From: Nitrospirota bacterium
GTDB taxonomy: Bacteria; Nitrospirota; UBA9217
DNA length: 64,000 nt
Assembly: GCA_963749655.1 (NCBI GenBank)
Contig: CAVVOB010000030.1
Location: 289,798-353,797, forward strand
Direction of reading: 5' to 3'
Positions 29,248-39,900 of this stretch are shown here, piece after piece. The notes under the pieces were generated by a model. It made no database searches. It saw only the letters and a program-made list of their open reading frames with translations, and was not told the origin of the DNA. A program made the translations under genes and the position numbers. How positions within the stretch are numbered: position 1 is the stretch's first letter; each line of letters starts with the position of its first letter.

Positions 29248-30572
29248 AAGTAGTCGGTTTGAACATATCAGCGGGCAAGGTCGCTGCTTCGATCGTCGAG
29301 AAGGGCCTGCGGAGCACGGAGCTCAAGGATTCCTTCAGCCGGACCTTCTCCAACGACGCAGAGCTCGCCGAGATCCTGCGCGAACAGGCGGGAAAGTGGA
29401 CGGGCGCGCGCATCGTGTCGGCCATTTCCGGCCTGCGAATCAGTCAGCGCTCAGTGACCTTCCCTTTTGCCGACCGCAAGCGCGTGGAAAAGGCGCTTCC
29501 CTTCGAGCTCGAAGATATGGTGCCGTTCTCCCTCGATGAGGTGGAGCTCGATCACCTCGCGCTCGACAAGGACGGGGGAAAGGACAAGAAGAAGCCGACC
29601 GCTGTTGTGGCCATGATGGTCCCGAAGGCCGTTTTGCGCAGCCACCTCGAGCTCCTCGCATCGGCGGGCATCGATCCGCAGGCGATCCAGCCCTCCTTCC
29701 TCGGGCTGTGCCGCGTTGCCGGCATGATCCCGACCGAGGGACCCACGGTGGTTGTCGAGGGAAATGACCTCTGTCTGAAGGACGGCGGCGCCGTGAAGGC
29801 CTTCAGGAGCTTTTCCGACGCCCGGCCGTCCGGCGGCATCAAGCACACATTGAAGGCGCTCGAGACCGAGCACGGGATGCGGATCGAAAAAGCCGTCATT
29901 CTTTCGGAGAGCGAGCGTCTGCGCTCCGAGCTAGCGGGCCTAGAGATCGCCGTCGAGCTGGTCAGCCCCGATTTTCACGGCAAGACCGCGGACGATGCGG
30001 TGAGCCTGGGCCTCGCGCTGGCGGACGAGGTCAATTTCCGCAAGGGTGAATTCGCCTACCGCCTCGCCGATGTCGGTGACCGCAAGCGGAAACGCATGCT
30101 CATCATCGCGGGGGCGGCAGCAGCGGTCCTAGCAGGGGTCAATCTGGGCGTCAAGTACTACCTCGTGGAGACGAGTTACAACAAGCTCGACCGCGAGATC
30201 CGGGAGATCTACCGCCAGGTGGCCCCGGAGTCGCGGTCCGCGCCCGACCCCGTGCGTCAGCTGCGGATGAAGCTTGAAGACGCGAAGAAGAAGTTCGGCG
30301 TCCTCGGCTCCGGTTCCTCGGCGCTCGATGTGATGAAAGCGGTGACCGAAGGGATCCCGAAGGAGGTCCGCGTCGCGTTCCAGGACTTCAGCCTTGAGGG
30401 CGACCGGCTGAAACTCCAGGGAGAGGCCGAATCGTTCGAATCGGTGGACAAGATGAAAGCGGAGCTGCAGAAGGCCCCGCCCTTCGCCGATGTCCAGGTC
30501 CAGGACACGCGGATGGGAGCGAACAACAAGGTGAAGTTCCGGTTCGAGATCAAACTGAAACAGGTGCTGTGA
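29244..30572 (+). CDS. gspL: Type II secretion protein L
   Basis: Actin-like cytoplasmic domain (LPFELE), NFRKGEF, TM helix, periplasmic ferredoxin-like domain. Confidence 0.85.
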   Translation: MKVVGLNISAGKVAASIVEKGLRSTELKDSFSRTFSNDAELAEILREQAGKWTGARIVSAISGLRISQRSVTFPFADRKRVEKALPFELEDMVPFSLDEVELDHLALDKDGGKDKKKPTAVVAMMVPKAVLRSHLELLASAGIDPQAIQPSFLGLCRVAGMIPTEGPTVVVEGNDLCLKDGGAVKAFRSFSDARPSGGIKHTLKALETEHGMRIEKAVILSESERLRSELAGLEIAVELVSPDFHGKTADDAVSLGLALADEVNFRKGEFAYRLADVGDRKRKRMLIIAGAAAAVLAGVNLGVKYYLVETSYNKLDREIREIYRQVAPESRSAPDPVRQLRMKLEDAKKKFGVLGSGSSALDVMKAVTEGIPKEVRVAFQDFSLEGDRLKLQGEAESFESVDKMKAELQKAPPFADVQVQDTRMGANNKVKFRFEIKLKQVL

Positions 30573-30585
30573 TAACGGGTTATAT

Positions 30586-31204
30586 TTGAAACCACAGATG
30601 AACACTGATGGACACAGATGAAAGAAGTGATCTTCGAAAAAGGGTATTTGCATCAAGAATTAACAGGGGAAATCATCGAATCAGCCATGAAGGTTCATAA
30701 TGCTCTTGGCTGCGGTCTGCTGGAAAAAGTATACGAAAATGCTCTGGCATGGGACCTGGAACTGAAAAAGAAAAAAGTAGCTTTGCAGCAGGCTTTTACC
30801 GTTCGCTATCGTGAAAAAGAAGTGGGTTTATATTACGCCGATGTAGTGGTCGAGGATCGCGTGATCATTGAAGTGAAATCAGCCGATGGAATAGACGATG
30901 TTCATCGGGCACAGATATTGAACTATTTGCGGATATCGGGACTTCGAGTGGGGTTGTTGATTAATTTTGCAAAACCGAAATTGCAGTTTGAAAGATTTGT
31001 GGTCTAATCTGAGTTCACTCTACAAACAGCCGTGAACCTCGGATGAACACTGATAAACACTGATAATCAGGGCTAGTTTATCAAAGTTTCGGATTATCTG
31101 TCAGGTGTACTGAATGCAAGCAGTGCATTTTAGTCATCTGCGTTCATCTGTGTCGATCTGTGGTTACAAATGCCATAGATTTCCGTGTTCATCCGTGGTT
31201 TCAA
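30586..31204. mobile_element. Inverted-repeat-bounded GxxExxY cassette inside the T2SS operon
   Basis: Left TTGAAACCACAGATGAACACTGA matches right TCCGTGTTCATCCGTGGTTTCAA as an inverted repeat (21/23). Lower GC than flanks. Nested repeat pair at 31035-31165. Confidence 0.55.
30618..31007 (+). CDS. GxxExxY family protein (putative PD-(D/E)XK nuclease)
   Basis: VHNALGCGLLEKVY, ADVVVEDRVIIEVK, QILNYL and GLLINF motifs. Confidence 0.93.
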   Translation: MKEVIFEKGYLHQELTGEIIESAMKVHNALGCGLLEKVYENALAWDLELKKKKVALQQAFTVRYREKEVGLYYADVVVEDRVIIEVKSADGIDDVHRAQILNYLRISGLRVGLLINFAKPKLQFERFVV

Positions 31205-31222
31205 CTGCATTGAGGTGTTTTC

Positions 31223-31723
31223 TTGAAACTTGAAGAACGCGATAAAAAGGTCCTCATATACGGAGGCGCTGGAGCGGCGCTCATCCTGCTGTACGCGCTG
31301 GTCCTGTCACCGCTCACCTCCGACCTTTCCCGGAAGCGCGAGCTGATCCCGCGGAAGGAAAAAGACGTTGCGGAAATGAAGGAGCTCAGGTCCGAGTACG
31401 CCGAGATCCAGAAGCGGCTCCAGGAGGCTCAGGCCGCGGCGGTAAAGCGGGGGCCGCTGCTCACGGACATCGAGGCCATCAGCAAACGGGCCAACCTGAG
31501 CGGCAAGATCGTTTCCCTCAAGCCCCAGGCGGGCGTCCAGACGGAGGGCTTCAAGGAAAGCGTCGTCGAGATCAGGCTCGAGAACATCACCCTGTACGAT
31601 GTGGTGAACTACGTCTACCTGCTTGAACAGGCCACCCTGCGCATCAGGAAGCTCCAGTTCAAGCCCCGCTATGACAACCCCAAGCTCCTGAACGCAACGC
31701 TCCTGGTCTCGAGCGCAGGATAG
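31223..31723 (+). CDS. gspM: Type II secretion protein M
   Basis: L.ERD.. N-terminus, TM helix, coiled coil; operon position. Confidence 0.85.
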   Translation: MKLEERDKKVLIYGGAGAALILLYALVLSPLTSDLSRKRELIPRKEKDVAEMKELRSEYAEIQKRLQEAQAAAVKRGPLLTDIEAISKRANLSGKIVSLKPQAGVQTEGFKESVVEIRLENITLYDVVNYVYLLEQATLRIRKLQFKPRYDNPKLLNATLLVSSAG

Positions 31724-31736
31724 GACAGGATAGGAC

Positions 31737-32567
31737 ATGATCGACAAGAAACTGCTCATCAGGAGACTGTCCTTTGCGGCCTATTTCGCGGCGGTATTCC
31801 TCTTTTTCCTGTTCCTGCTTTTTCCTTTCGACCTGCTTAAGACAAGACTGCAGAACGAAGTGCGCAGACGCTCGGCACTCGAGCTCAGCATTGCACGCAT
31901 TTCCCCGCGTTTTCTGAACACGTTCCTGCTCACCGATGTCGTCGTGTCGGACCAGGCGGGCAAGGTCCTGTTCGAAAGTCCCTCGGCAAGAACAACGGTA
32001 TCCCTCTTCGGACTTCTGCGCAACCGATTGTCGCTCAAAGTGAAGGCGAAGGCCTACAGCGGCGATCTGCTGGTTAGGTTGCAGCAGGGTACGGGGCAGC
32101 AGTCGCTCCAGATCGACGCGGACGGCCTGAACATCGGGGCCTATCCGCTCCTGAAGAACTTCGGTCTGACGCTTGCCGGCAGAATAGGCGGGAATTTCGA
32201 AATGAGCGGTGATACGGGCAAAGGGCGGATCTGGCTCAAGGGATTTGCGTCGAGAGAGCTCAAAATAAAGGGGTTTCCCATCCCGGACCTCGACTTCGAC
32301 CAATGCTGGCTCGAAGCGGACGTCAAGGGGGACCGGCTGACGATCAGGAAGCTCGAGCTGGACGGCAAAGAACTCAAGGCCCGCTGCTCCGGCGACGTCG
32401 TCCTTCGTGAGCGCGGGTCGCTCAACCTTACGATCAAGCTCAAGCCGTCGGAGCGGCTCGTCCGCGAGCAGGCTGTTGTGTTCTCGTTGTTGAAGAACAA
32501 GGACGCCGACGGGTATTACCAGTTCAGTCTCGGCGGCACGGTTGCGGACCCGCTGCCGAGGCTGTAG
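31737..32567 (+). CDS. gspN: Type II secretion protein N
   Basis: TM-FP motif, beta-taco-like body, GT..P C-terminus; last gene of the operon. Confidence 0.8.
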   Translation: MIDKKLLIRRLSFAAYFAAVFLFFLFLLFPFDLLKTRLQNEVRRRSALELSIARISPRFLNTFLLTDVVVSDQAGKVLFESPSARTTVSLFGLLRNRLSLKVKAKAYSGDLLVRLQQGTGQQSLQIDADGLNIGAYPLLKNFGLTLAGRIGGNFEMSGDTGKGRIWLKGFASRELKIKGFPIPDLDFDQCWLEADVKGDRLTIRKLELDGKELKARCSGDVVLRERGSLNLTIKLKPSERLVREQAVVFSLLKNKDADGYYQFSLGGTVADPLPRL

Positions 32568-33027
32568 CGGCGAAGCTCGCCAGCCGGCGATGTTTTCGCC
32601 GGTATGCTCCGGCCGCGCTCAAGAAGACCGCGAGGAGCGGCTGAAACGTCTCGTGGGTATACAATCGAAATATCTATTTTTGACTTCCTTACACTGCCAA
32701 CTTTCCTTTCCCTTTTCTGTGGCATGATTCTTTGCGCTTGAGTGCTGACATCGCTATCCGAAACTTTATGGGTGGCGATGTGAAGATATCATACGAATAG
32801 TGCACCTTCATGCCGACAACCTGGCGTGACGGACCATGACGGCTTACGGCGTTGTTGCTCCTGGTATCGGCAAAACTGATGCTGCTGAAGTTTGCATCAA
32901 GACCATGCCGGATTTTTCCTATTGCGACTCTCGGAGCTTCACCAGTCTCGTTCATACCATGACGACTTCTTCGACAACAGCCCGGAGGCCTTCCGCCTCA
33001 CAAGCTCTCCCGCAGCAGCGGCGCTTC

Positions 33028-35084
33028 ATGAAAATGTGGAATGCGGAATTCACGCGCACTCCTTGCATCCGCACTCGTAAACGCTGGGGACAGGTCGGAA
33101 TGCGGAAGGTAGAAGCAGGAGGCTCCGGGACCGCGCTGCTGCTGGTCCTTCTGGCGACAGTCTGCCTCGTCATGCCTCTGCTCTCCTGTTCGCACGCACA
33201 GCCCAAACAACCGCCTGTAGCGCATCATGGACGACTGGACCTCTCTACCTGGAACTTTGAGAGGGACGGGATGGTCAAACTCGACGGTGAGTGGGAATTC
33301 TACTGGAAGCAGCTGCTGAGGCCGGAGGACTTTTCCCGCAGCGGTACCTTGCCCGTACCTGCTTACATCAGGCCGCCTGACACGTGGGACGATCATCTCG
33401 AAGACGGCAAGGCGATCGGCAATACCGGATTCGCCACCTACCGCTTGATCGTTCGCGGGAAGTCCGAATCGTCCCTTGCCTTGCATCTGCCGGTCATCTA
33501 TTCATCGCACCGTGTCTGGATAGACGGCCGGCTGCTTGCGACGACCGGCACGGTCGGCGAGAGCAGGAGCGGCTCCGTCACCGGGCTGGAGGACGCAGGT
33601 CGTTCCGATCGACCGCTTGCACGGCGAAACGGAGATCATCATTCAAGCGTCGAATTTCTTTTTCCGGCACGGAGGCATCAGGGGCGAGGTCGCGCTCGGC
33701 CCGAATGCGGAAGTATCGGGCCGGAAATATCTCAACATTGCGTTCATGTCGCTCGTCTTCGGTTCGCTCATCATCATCGGCATTTACCACCTCAGCATCT
33801 ATGTCTTCCGGAAAAAGGACCGCGCCTCGCTGTACTTCGGCATCTTCTGTTTGCTCGTCGCGGCCTATTCGATCACGGGCCCCGACGAACACCTCATCGC
33901 CGATGCGCTCCCTGATCTGGACGGAGCGCTCGTGTACCGGTTCATGCTGGCGCTCTATGTTGCAAGCATGCCGGTCTTTCGTTCTTTTTCAGAAGGCGCT
34001 CTATCCTGACGACGTGTCCCCACAAGCCGCTAAAGCCTCGGTCGCATTGGCTGCAGTGTATCTGGCGATGACCCTGGCAGCGCCGGATGACCTGCTCTCG
34101 TACATCGATCCCTGGTATCATCCGGTGACCATCGCAACCAGCATCTATCTCGTATGGACGCTGGCAACATCGGTCATGCGAAAACGGGAGGGAGCTCGTC
34201 TGGCCCTGGGCGGCGCACTGGTCCTTTTTGTCACGGTCGTCAATGACATCCTCTACGACTTCGGCATCGGCCAGGTCAACATGGCGGTGCCGATCGGGGT
34301 TTTCGCGTTCATCCTTTCCTATTCCTTCATTTTGTCCAAGCGCTTCTCAAAGGCGTTCAACGTCATCGAACAGCAGGAAGCGGCCCTCCAGCAGGCCAAC
34401 ATCGGCCTGGAGGCCAAGGTCCGGGAGCGGACGTCCAGCCTCGAGAAATCCATTCAGGAGAAGGAAGTTTTGCTCAGAGAGGTCCACCATCGGGTCAAGA
34501 ACAACCTGCAGGTGATCGTGAGCCTCCTGAACCTTCAGTCCGACGATGTCGCGGACGGGCCCGCGCTCCACGCCCTGACCGAGAGCAAGGGCCGGATCAA
34601 GTCCATGATGCTCATTCATGAAAAACTATACAACTCCCGGAACCTGGCAGAGCTCGATTTCGAGGATTACATCGAGGACATCGTAGCGGACATCTTCTCC
34701 ACCTACGGAGCGGACCGGGAGCGGATCAGGTATGAGATCGAGGCGCCGGTCCGGAAGCTCGACATGGACGCGGCCGTGCCCTGCGGCCTCATTATCAATG
34801 AGCTCGTCACCAACTCTCTCAAACATGCATTCCCGCCGGATCGGAACAACTGCAGGGTTTCCGTCAGACTCGCAGAGAACGGCGATGGGCGATTCGAACT
34901 GACCGTGGTCGACAACGGCATCGGACTTCCCGGCCATATCGACATGTCGGCAACGTCCACGCTTGGTCTGCGGCTCGTGTACGGCCTGGCAAAGCGCCAG
35001 CTCAGGGGAGACGTCGCCTTAATGCGCGAACACGGGACTATTGTATCCATTAGGTTTGGAAAGACCGCGGAGCGGGGTTCATGA
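33028..35084 (+). CDS. 7TM-DISM sensor histidine kinase (HisKA_2), split by indels near 33590 and 33975
   Basis: G.LDLS.W....LDGEWEFYW and GFATYRL (DISM extracellular), GIYHL/SLYFG TM helices, EVHHRVKNNLQ, ELVTNSLKH and DNGIG. Confidence 0.88.
33033..33107 (-). repeat. ~75-bp dispersed element, copy 3
   Basis: Same orientation as copy 2 with a few substitutions. Confidence 0.88.
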
Positions 35085-36322
35085 ACAAGAAAAAGATCAT
35101 GATCGTGGAAGACGAGGCGGTAGTCGCCGATGACATTCGGAGCTGTCTTGTCATGTCCGGATACGATGAACCTGCCAGCGTGGGATCGGGCGAAGAGGCG
35201 CTGAGAATCCTGGCCGATGTGGCGCCCGCGCTGATCCTCATGGACATTCGCCTTGCCGGCACTCTGGACGGCATCGAGACCGCGCAGCGGATCGCGGAGA
35301 TCGCCGACATTCCCGTCGTTTTTCTGACCGCCTATTCGGACGCCGGCAGCCTTGAGCGGGTAAAGACGGTCGAGCCCTTCGGTTACATCGTCAAGCCCTT
35401 CGACCGCAACGAGCTCAGGTGCGTCATCGAAACGGCGCTGGTCAAACATGAACGGATGAAAGAGAAGATGCTGGCCCTGGAACGCCGCCTTCTTTCGGAG
35501 CGCATTCAGCCCGGCGCCGGATCCGATGTCTCGCTGCTCAATGGTGAAAACCGGACCTGGCCGCTCATTATCTTCACGCTTGGCAGATTCGAGCTGGTGA
35601 AGGACGGAGAACCGATCACCTTCAAGGGAAAAGTTCAGCAGAAACCGCTCGCCCTGCTCAAGGCATTGATCGCGTTCGGCGGGAAGGATGTGCCTGAGGA
35701 GCAGATCACCGACGCGCTGTGGCCCGATGCGGACGGCGATCTTGCTCACCGGTCCTTTGAGATGGCCGTGCATCGTCTGAGAAAACTGATCGATCTTGAA
35801 GGGGCCATTCAGCTGCAGGAACGCCGATTGACCCTGGACAGGAACGCATGCCAGGTCGACGCCTGGGTGTTCGAAAATGCCCTGGAACGCGAAAACAGGG
35901 CGGACAACGAAAAAACCGCGATAAGCGCTGAACACATCGAAAACAACCTCGAGCTTCTTGAGAAGGCCCTCGCGCTGTACAAGGGACCGTTCCTCCCGTC
36001 CGATTCCTCTTCCACCTGGGCGCTGACCTGCCGCGAGCGTCTGCGCAGCAAGTTCCTACGCGCCATTATCAAGCTCGGCACGCACTGGGAGCAGACAGTG
36101 CAGTGGCAGCGCGCCGCGGAAGTGTTCCAGCGGGGCCTCGCAGTGGACGGCCATACGGAAGAATTTTATCAGCATCTCATGCTTTGTCATCAACAGCTCG
36201 GCCAGCGTGCCGAAGCCATGGCTGTATATAAGCGCTGCAGCGCCTTCTTATCATCCGCTCTCGGGATCGCACCCTCTCCCCGCACCGAGGAACTGTATCA
36301 AGCCATCAAGAAGGGACAATAG
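35081..36322 (+). CDS. Response regulator with REC, winged-helix and BTAD (SARP-like) domains
   Basis: IVEDE, LMDI and KPF (REC); TLGRF, LWPD and HRLRK (wHTH); LYKGPFLP, EEFYQ.LM and LGIAPS..T (BTAD). ATGA overlap with the kinase. Confidence 0.92.
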   Translation: MNKKKIMIVEDEAVVADDIRSCLVMSGYDEPASVGSGEEALRILADVAPALILMDIRLAGTLDGIETAQRIAEIADIPVVFLTAYSDAGSLERVKTVEPFGYIVKPFDRNELRCVIETALVKHERMKEKMLALERRLLSERIQPGAGSDVSLLNGENRTWPLIIFTLGRFELVKDGEPITFKGKVQQKPLALLKALIAFGGKDVPEEQITDALWPDADGDLAHRSFEMAVHRLRKLIDLEGAIQLQERRLTLDRNACQVDAWVFENALERENRADNEKTAISAEHIENNLELLEKALALYKGPFLPSDSSSTWALTCRERLRSKFLRAIIKLGTHWEQTVQWQRAAEVFQRGLAVDGHTEEFYQHLMLCHQQLGQRAEAMAVYKRCSAFLSSALGIAPSPRTEELYQAIKKGQ

Positions 36323-36349
36323 GGCTTTCATCCTGATAAATTCGGTTGG

Positions 36350-36480
36350 AACCACAGATAAACACGGATGAATAACGTAATCATGACCACGCAGCATTTC
36401 ATAATCACACCTGGCTCGTGATTTCTTATTTCGCTATTAGGCTTTGACTTATCCGTGTTAAGCTGTGTTCATCAGTGGTT
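36350..36480. repeat. Decamer inverted repeat element (gene-less version of the GxxExxY flanks)
   Basis: AACCACAGATAAACACGGATG ... ATCCGTGTTAAGCTGTGTTCATCAGTGGTT. Confidence 0.75.
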
Positions 36481-36660
36481 AATTACTTATCCTCGTTCGC
36501 TGTGCCCAAGTAATTGCGACAGTCCGCCAGTAGCGCCTATCCATTCAGATATCACGACAAAAGGACCTCTCTGCGCGTTTCAGCTCCGATGTGAAATTGC
36601 AATTTCATCTGTATTGATACCTGCAGTTCGTCCCCAGCCCCGTTCCCCTAAAAAAAGGTC

Positions 36661-36709
36661 AATCCAAAAAGAATCCGTGAGTAATCCGTGAGTGCTCGTG
36701 CTGTAACCT
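36661..36709 (+). promoter_or_regulatory. 11-bp-period direct repeat (candidate SARP/BTAD operator) with downstream -10-like hexamer
   Basis: AATCCGTGAGT twice (36672, 36683), partial AATCC at 36661, TAACCT at 36704. Confidence 0.55.
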
Positions 36710-36749
36710 GTCGTCACAACACGAAAAACATCTTTGTAAGGAGCCGCCC

Positions 36750-36932
36750 ATGGAAAGCTACGTCATCAGGATCTACCGCAGGAATCGCAACAGTCCTCAA
36801 AATATCGTCGGTTTGGTTGAGCTTATCGATGTCGATGAGAAGAAGTCTTTCGCGAGCTTTGACGAACTGCGGGCGATCCTGGACAACAAGCAAGGTTCTG
36901 CGAGTCGCGAGGAAACGAAAGATAACAAATAG
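36750..36932 (+). CDS. Small hypothetical protein (SYxIRIYR type)
   Basis: AAGGAG RBS; MESYVIRIYRR...IVGLVE......F.SFDELRAIL. Confidence 0.75.
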   Translation: MESYVIRIYRRNRNSPQNIVGLVELIDVDEKKSFASFDELRAILDNKQGSASREETKDNK

Positions 36933-36951
36933 AGTCATGGAGGTATGGAAC

Positions 36952-39900
36952 ATGAAGACGATCATAAGGTCAGTGGCTCTGCTTTTGGCAATCTGGCTCA
37001 TGCTCGCGGGCTGCAACTCAAAGAGCGGGAGCGGCGGTTCAAGCGGCGCGCCACTGCCCGGTCCGGCAGCCTTGCCTCAAGGCACGCCCGCGGAGCAGGC
37101 GACCTACTTCATCGCGCTTCTTGAGTCACCCGAAACCCGGCTGACTGGATGGCTGGGGCTGTACGACGCCCTGAGCGTCCCGGTACTGCAGAACGGCGCG
37201 CCGATCGGAAGCACGGGCGACGACCCGATCGGCATTCCCTACTGGCAGGTGTGGCACTCATCAGGTCTGGATCTGCCGGGGCAGGGCGTCCCGCTGAGCG
37301 ATGCCGGCCGAATGCTGGCCTCAGCCATGTCCGATACGAGCGGCACGGACTACGGCTCCATCCTGCTGAGCGACCTTCGGCTCGCAGCCCAGAGCAGCGA
37401 TCCCCAGGCGGCCCTGCTGGGTCTGTTCGTCCGCGAGCGTATACTGCAAGGCCCCTCCCACGTTGACATCCTGGACACAACCGTCACGACGGACAAAGCC
37501 GTGATCGACCTTCCCACTCTGGAACTTCTCAGCTGGGTCGCGGTGCGAGGCGCCATATTCCAGGATGCCGTCAACGCGTCTGCAGTCTCCAGGAGATCCA
37601 GAGCTTCCTTGTCCAACGTTGTCCGGAATTCTCCAAAGCACTCGGCCCAATTTACGATCTCCGACCTGACCTGCTCTGCCCTGTCCAACGACTACACTCA
37701 ATGGGCGGGTTGGATCGCCAACAAAGTGGGCGGCGGCCTTCAACTTCCCGGCATGACAGCGGCATCAGAAGGCCTGCCCAGCCTTACAAAAAGTATTATG
37801 GACCAGATCGGTTTGAACAGTGATTTGGTCAAGAAGATGGACAGCGGGATGGGCATGTTGAACGGGGTCACTACCTTTGTCAGCTTCGCCCTGCAGTACC
37901 TTGCGTTGAACCAAACCGCGTATCAAGTGCCCGATCCTTACGACTCCTACTCCAACAATCCGGGGACCGTGACCTTCATGGTCACTTATGACAATGGGAA
38001 CATACCCGACGGCGACGCACTGACTGCGTGCTTTGTAAGTTATGTGAGCAATGCTTTCGGCGTGAGCCTTGGCTTTCCGGCTGACGGAACACCTGTCGTC
38101 GATGCAGAGATAGCCATCGAAAAAGGGCAGGGATTCCCGAGCTGGTGTTACAAAGCGTCTATGGAAGCACCCAAACCAACATCAACAAAGTAAGCACCGA
38201 CGAATACGGCATGGCGGACATTAAGATCGAGGCCGCCTATTACGGTCATACCAAACCCATTCTTGCAACGGCGGTCACAAAGACATACTCGCTCATCGTC
38301 AGTTCCCAGGTGGAGGGAGCGAGCGCCAATTCACTGGTGAACATGTTCTTCGACGATATGGTGGTCATGTCGCCCATCGTAGGCGGACCCGGCGGCGGCA
38401 CCGCCGTGGTCAGCGCGGTGATCAATCATCTCAAGACCATACACTGGAAAGAAACGGAGCTCAAGTTCGCGGTAACGGACTGGGTCACGTACTCGAGCTG
38501 GACCTGCACCGTCAGTCCCGCTGCCGGCGCGACGAATGTCGATATAAGCCGCACCATCAGCGCCATCTTTTCCCGGGCAATGGATACGACCACGATCACC
38601 ACGAACACCTTTACCCTGAGCAGCGACGGCGTCTCGGTCCCGGCTGTCGTAATCTATGACCCCACAACCAGAACGGCAACCCTCGTGCCCACGTCGAGCC
38701 TCAACTACAACACCACGTACACCGCAACCGTGACCAAAGGGGCGAAGGACGATGAGGGAGGGGGCCCGGACAGCGATTATTCATGGACCTTTACAACGAA
38801 GTCAGAAGCCTCAGCGATCACGGCTTTCTCGCTCGCCAGCCCGGTGACCGCGACGGGAAACATCAATGAGATAGCGCAGACCGTCTCGATAACCGTGCCC
38901 TATGATACGAATGTCACCGCCATGACCGCCTCATTCTCCACTACCATGGTAAGCGACATTGTCACGATAGGCTCGATTACCACAGGAGAGCGGAGTAACC
39001 ACCAACGATTTCACCAACCCCGTGAATTATACTCTCCTTGACGCTGACGGTCCGGCAAAGACCTATATCGTGACCGTGACCAAGGAAGCTCCAAAAACGA
39101 TCACCGATTTCTCGTTCGACCGATCCGGCGGCAACGGGTACCATCAGTGAAACTGCAAAGACCATTTCCGTGACCGTGCCCGAATGGCACGGATGCCTCC
39201 TCGCTGGTCGCTTCGTTCGCCATAACCGGCACAAGCGTAAAAGTGGGCGATGCAGTGCAGTCGAGCGGAACAACAGCGAATAACTTCACCGGTCCGGTGG
39301 TTTACACCGTTGTTGCAGCGGACGGGTCCACTGCGGATTACACCGTGACCGTGAATTTAGAGAAGACCATCACCGCCTTCTCGTTCCCGACCAACCCCGT
39401 TTCCAACGGCGTTATCAATGAGAACGCAAAGACCATTTCCGTGACCGTGCCCGCCGGGACGAACGTCACCACGATGATCGCTTCCTTCACGACCTCCGGC
39501 ACAAGCGTACTGATAGGCAGTGCCGTGCAGTCGAGCGGAACAACAGCCAATGACTTCACGGGTCCGGTGGTCTACACGGTTACTGCTTCCGACAATTCTA
39601 CTGTGCCCTATACCGTTACGGTAACGGTGCCAGCCAGTACAGCAGACCTCTTAAGTATCGCTTGGTCAGGCACGCAGTTCGTGGCGGTTGGAGCATCGGG
39701 TACGATACTTACCTCGCCGGATGGCATCGTGTGGACAGCAAGAACATCGGGCACCACAAATTGGCTGTACGGTCTCACATGGTCAGGCACGCAGTTCGTA
39801 GCGGTTGGGGCATCAGGTACCATACTCACCTCACACGATGGCATCGCGTGGACAGCCAGGACATCGGGCACCACACAATTGCTGTATGGTCTCCTATGGT

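Noticed and set aside
32730-33025. Minus-strand GRACEAEGLRAVVEEV reading, vaguely like a chemoreceptor signalling motif
   Set aside because: Too degenerate and interrupted by stops to support a pseudogene call.
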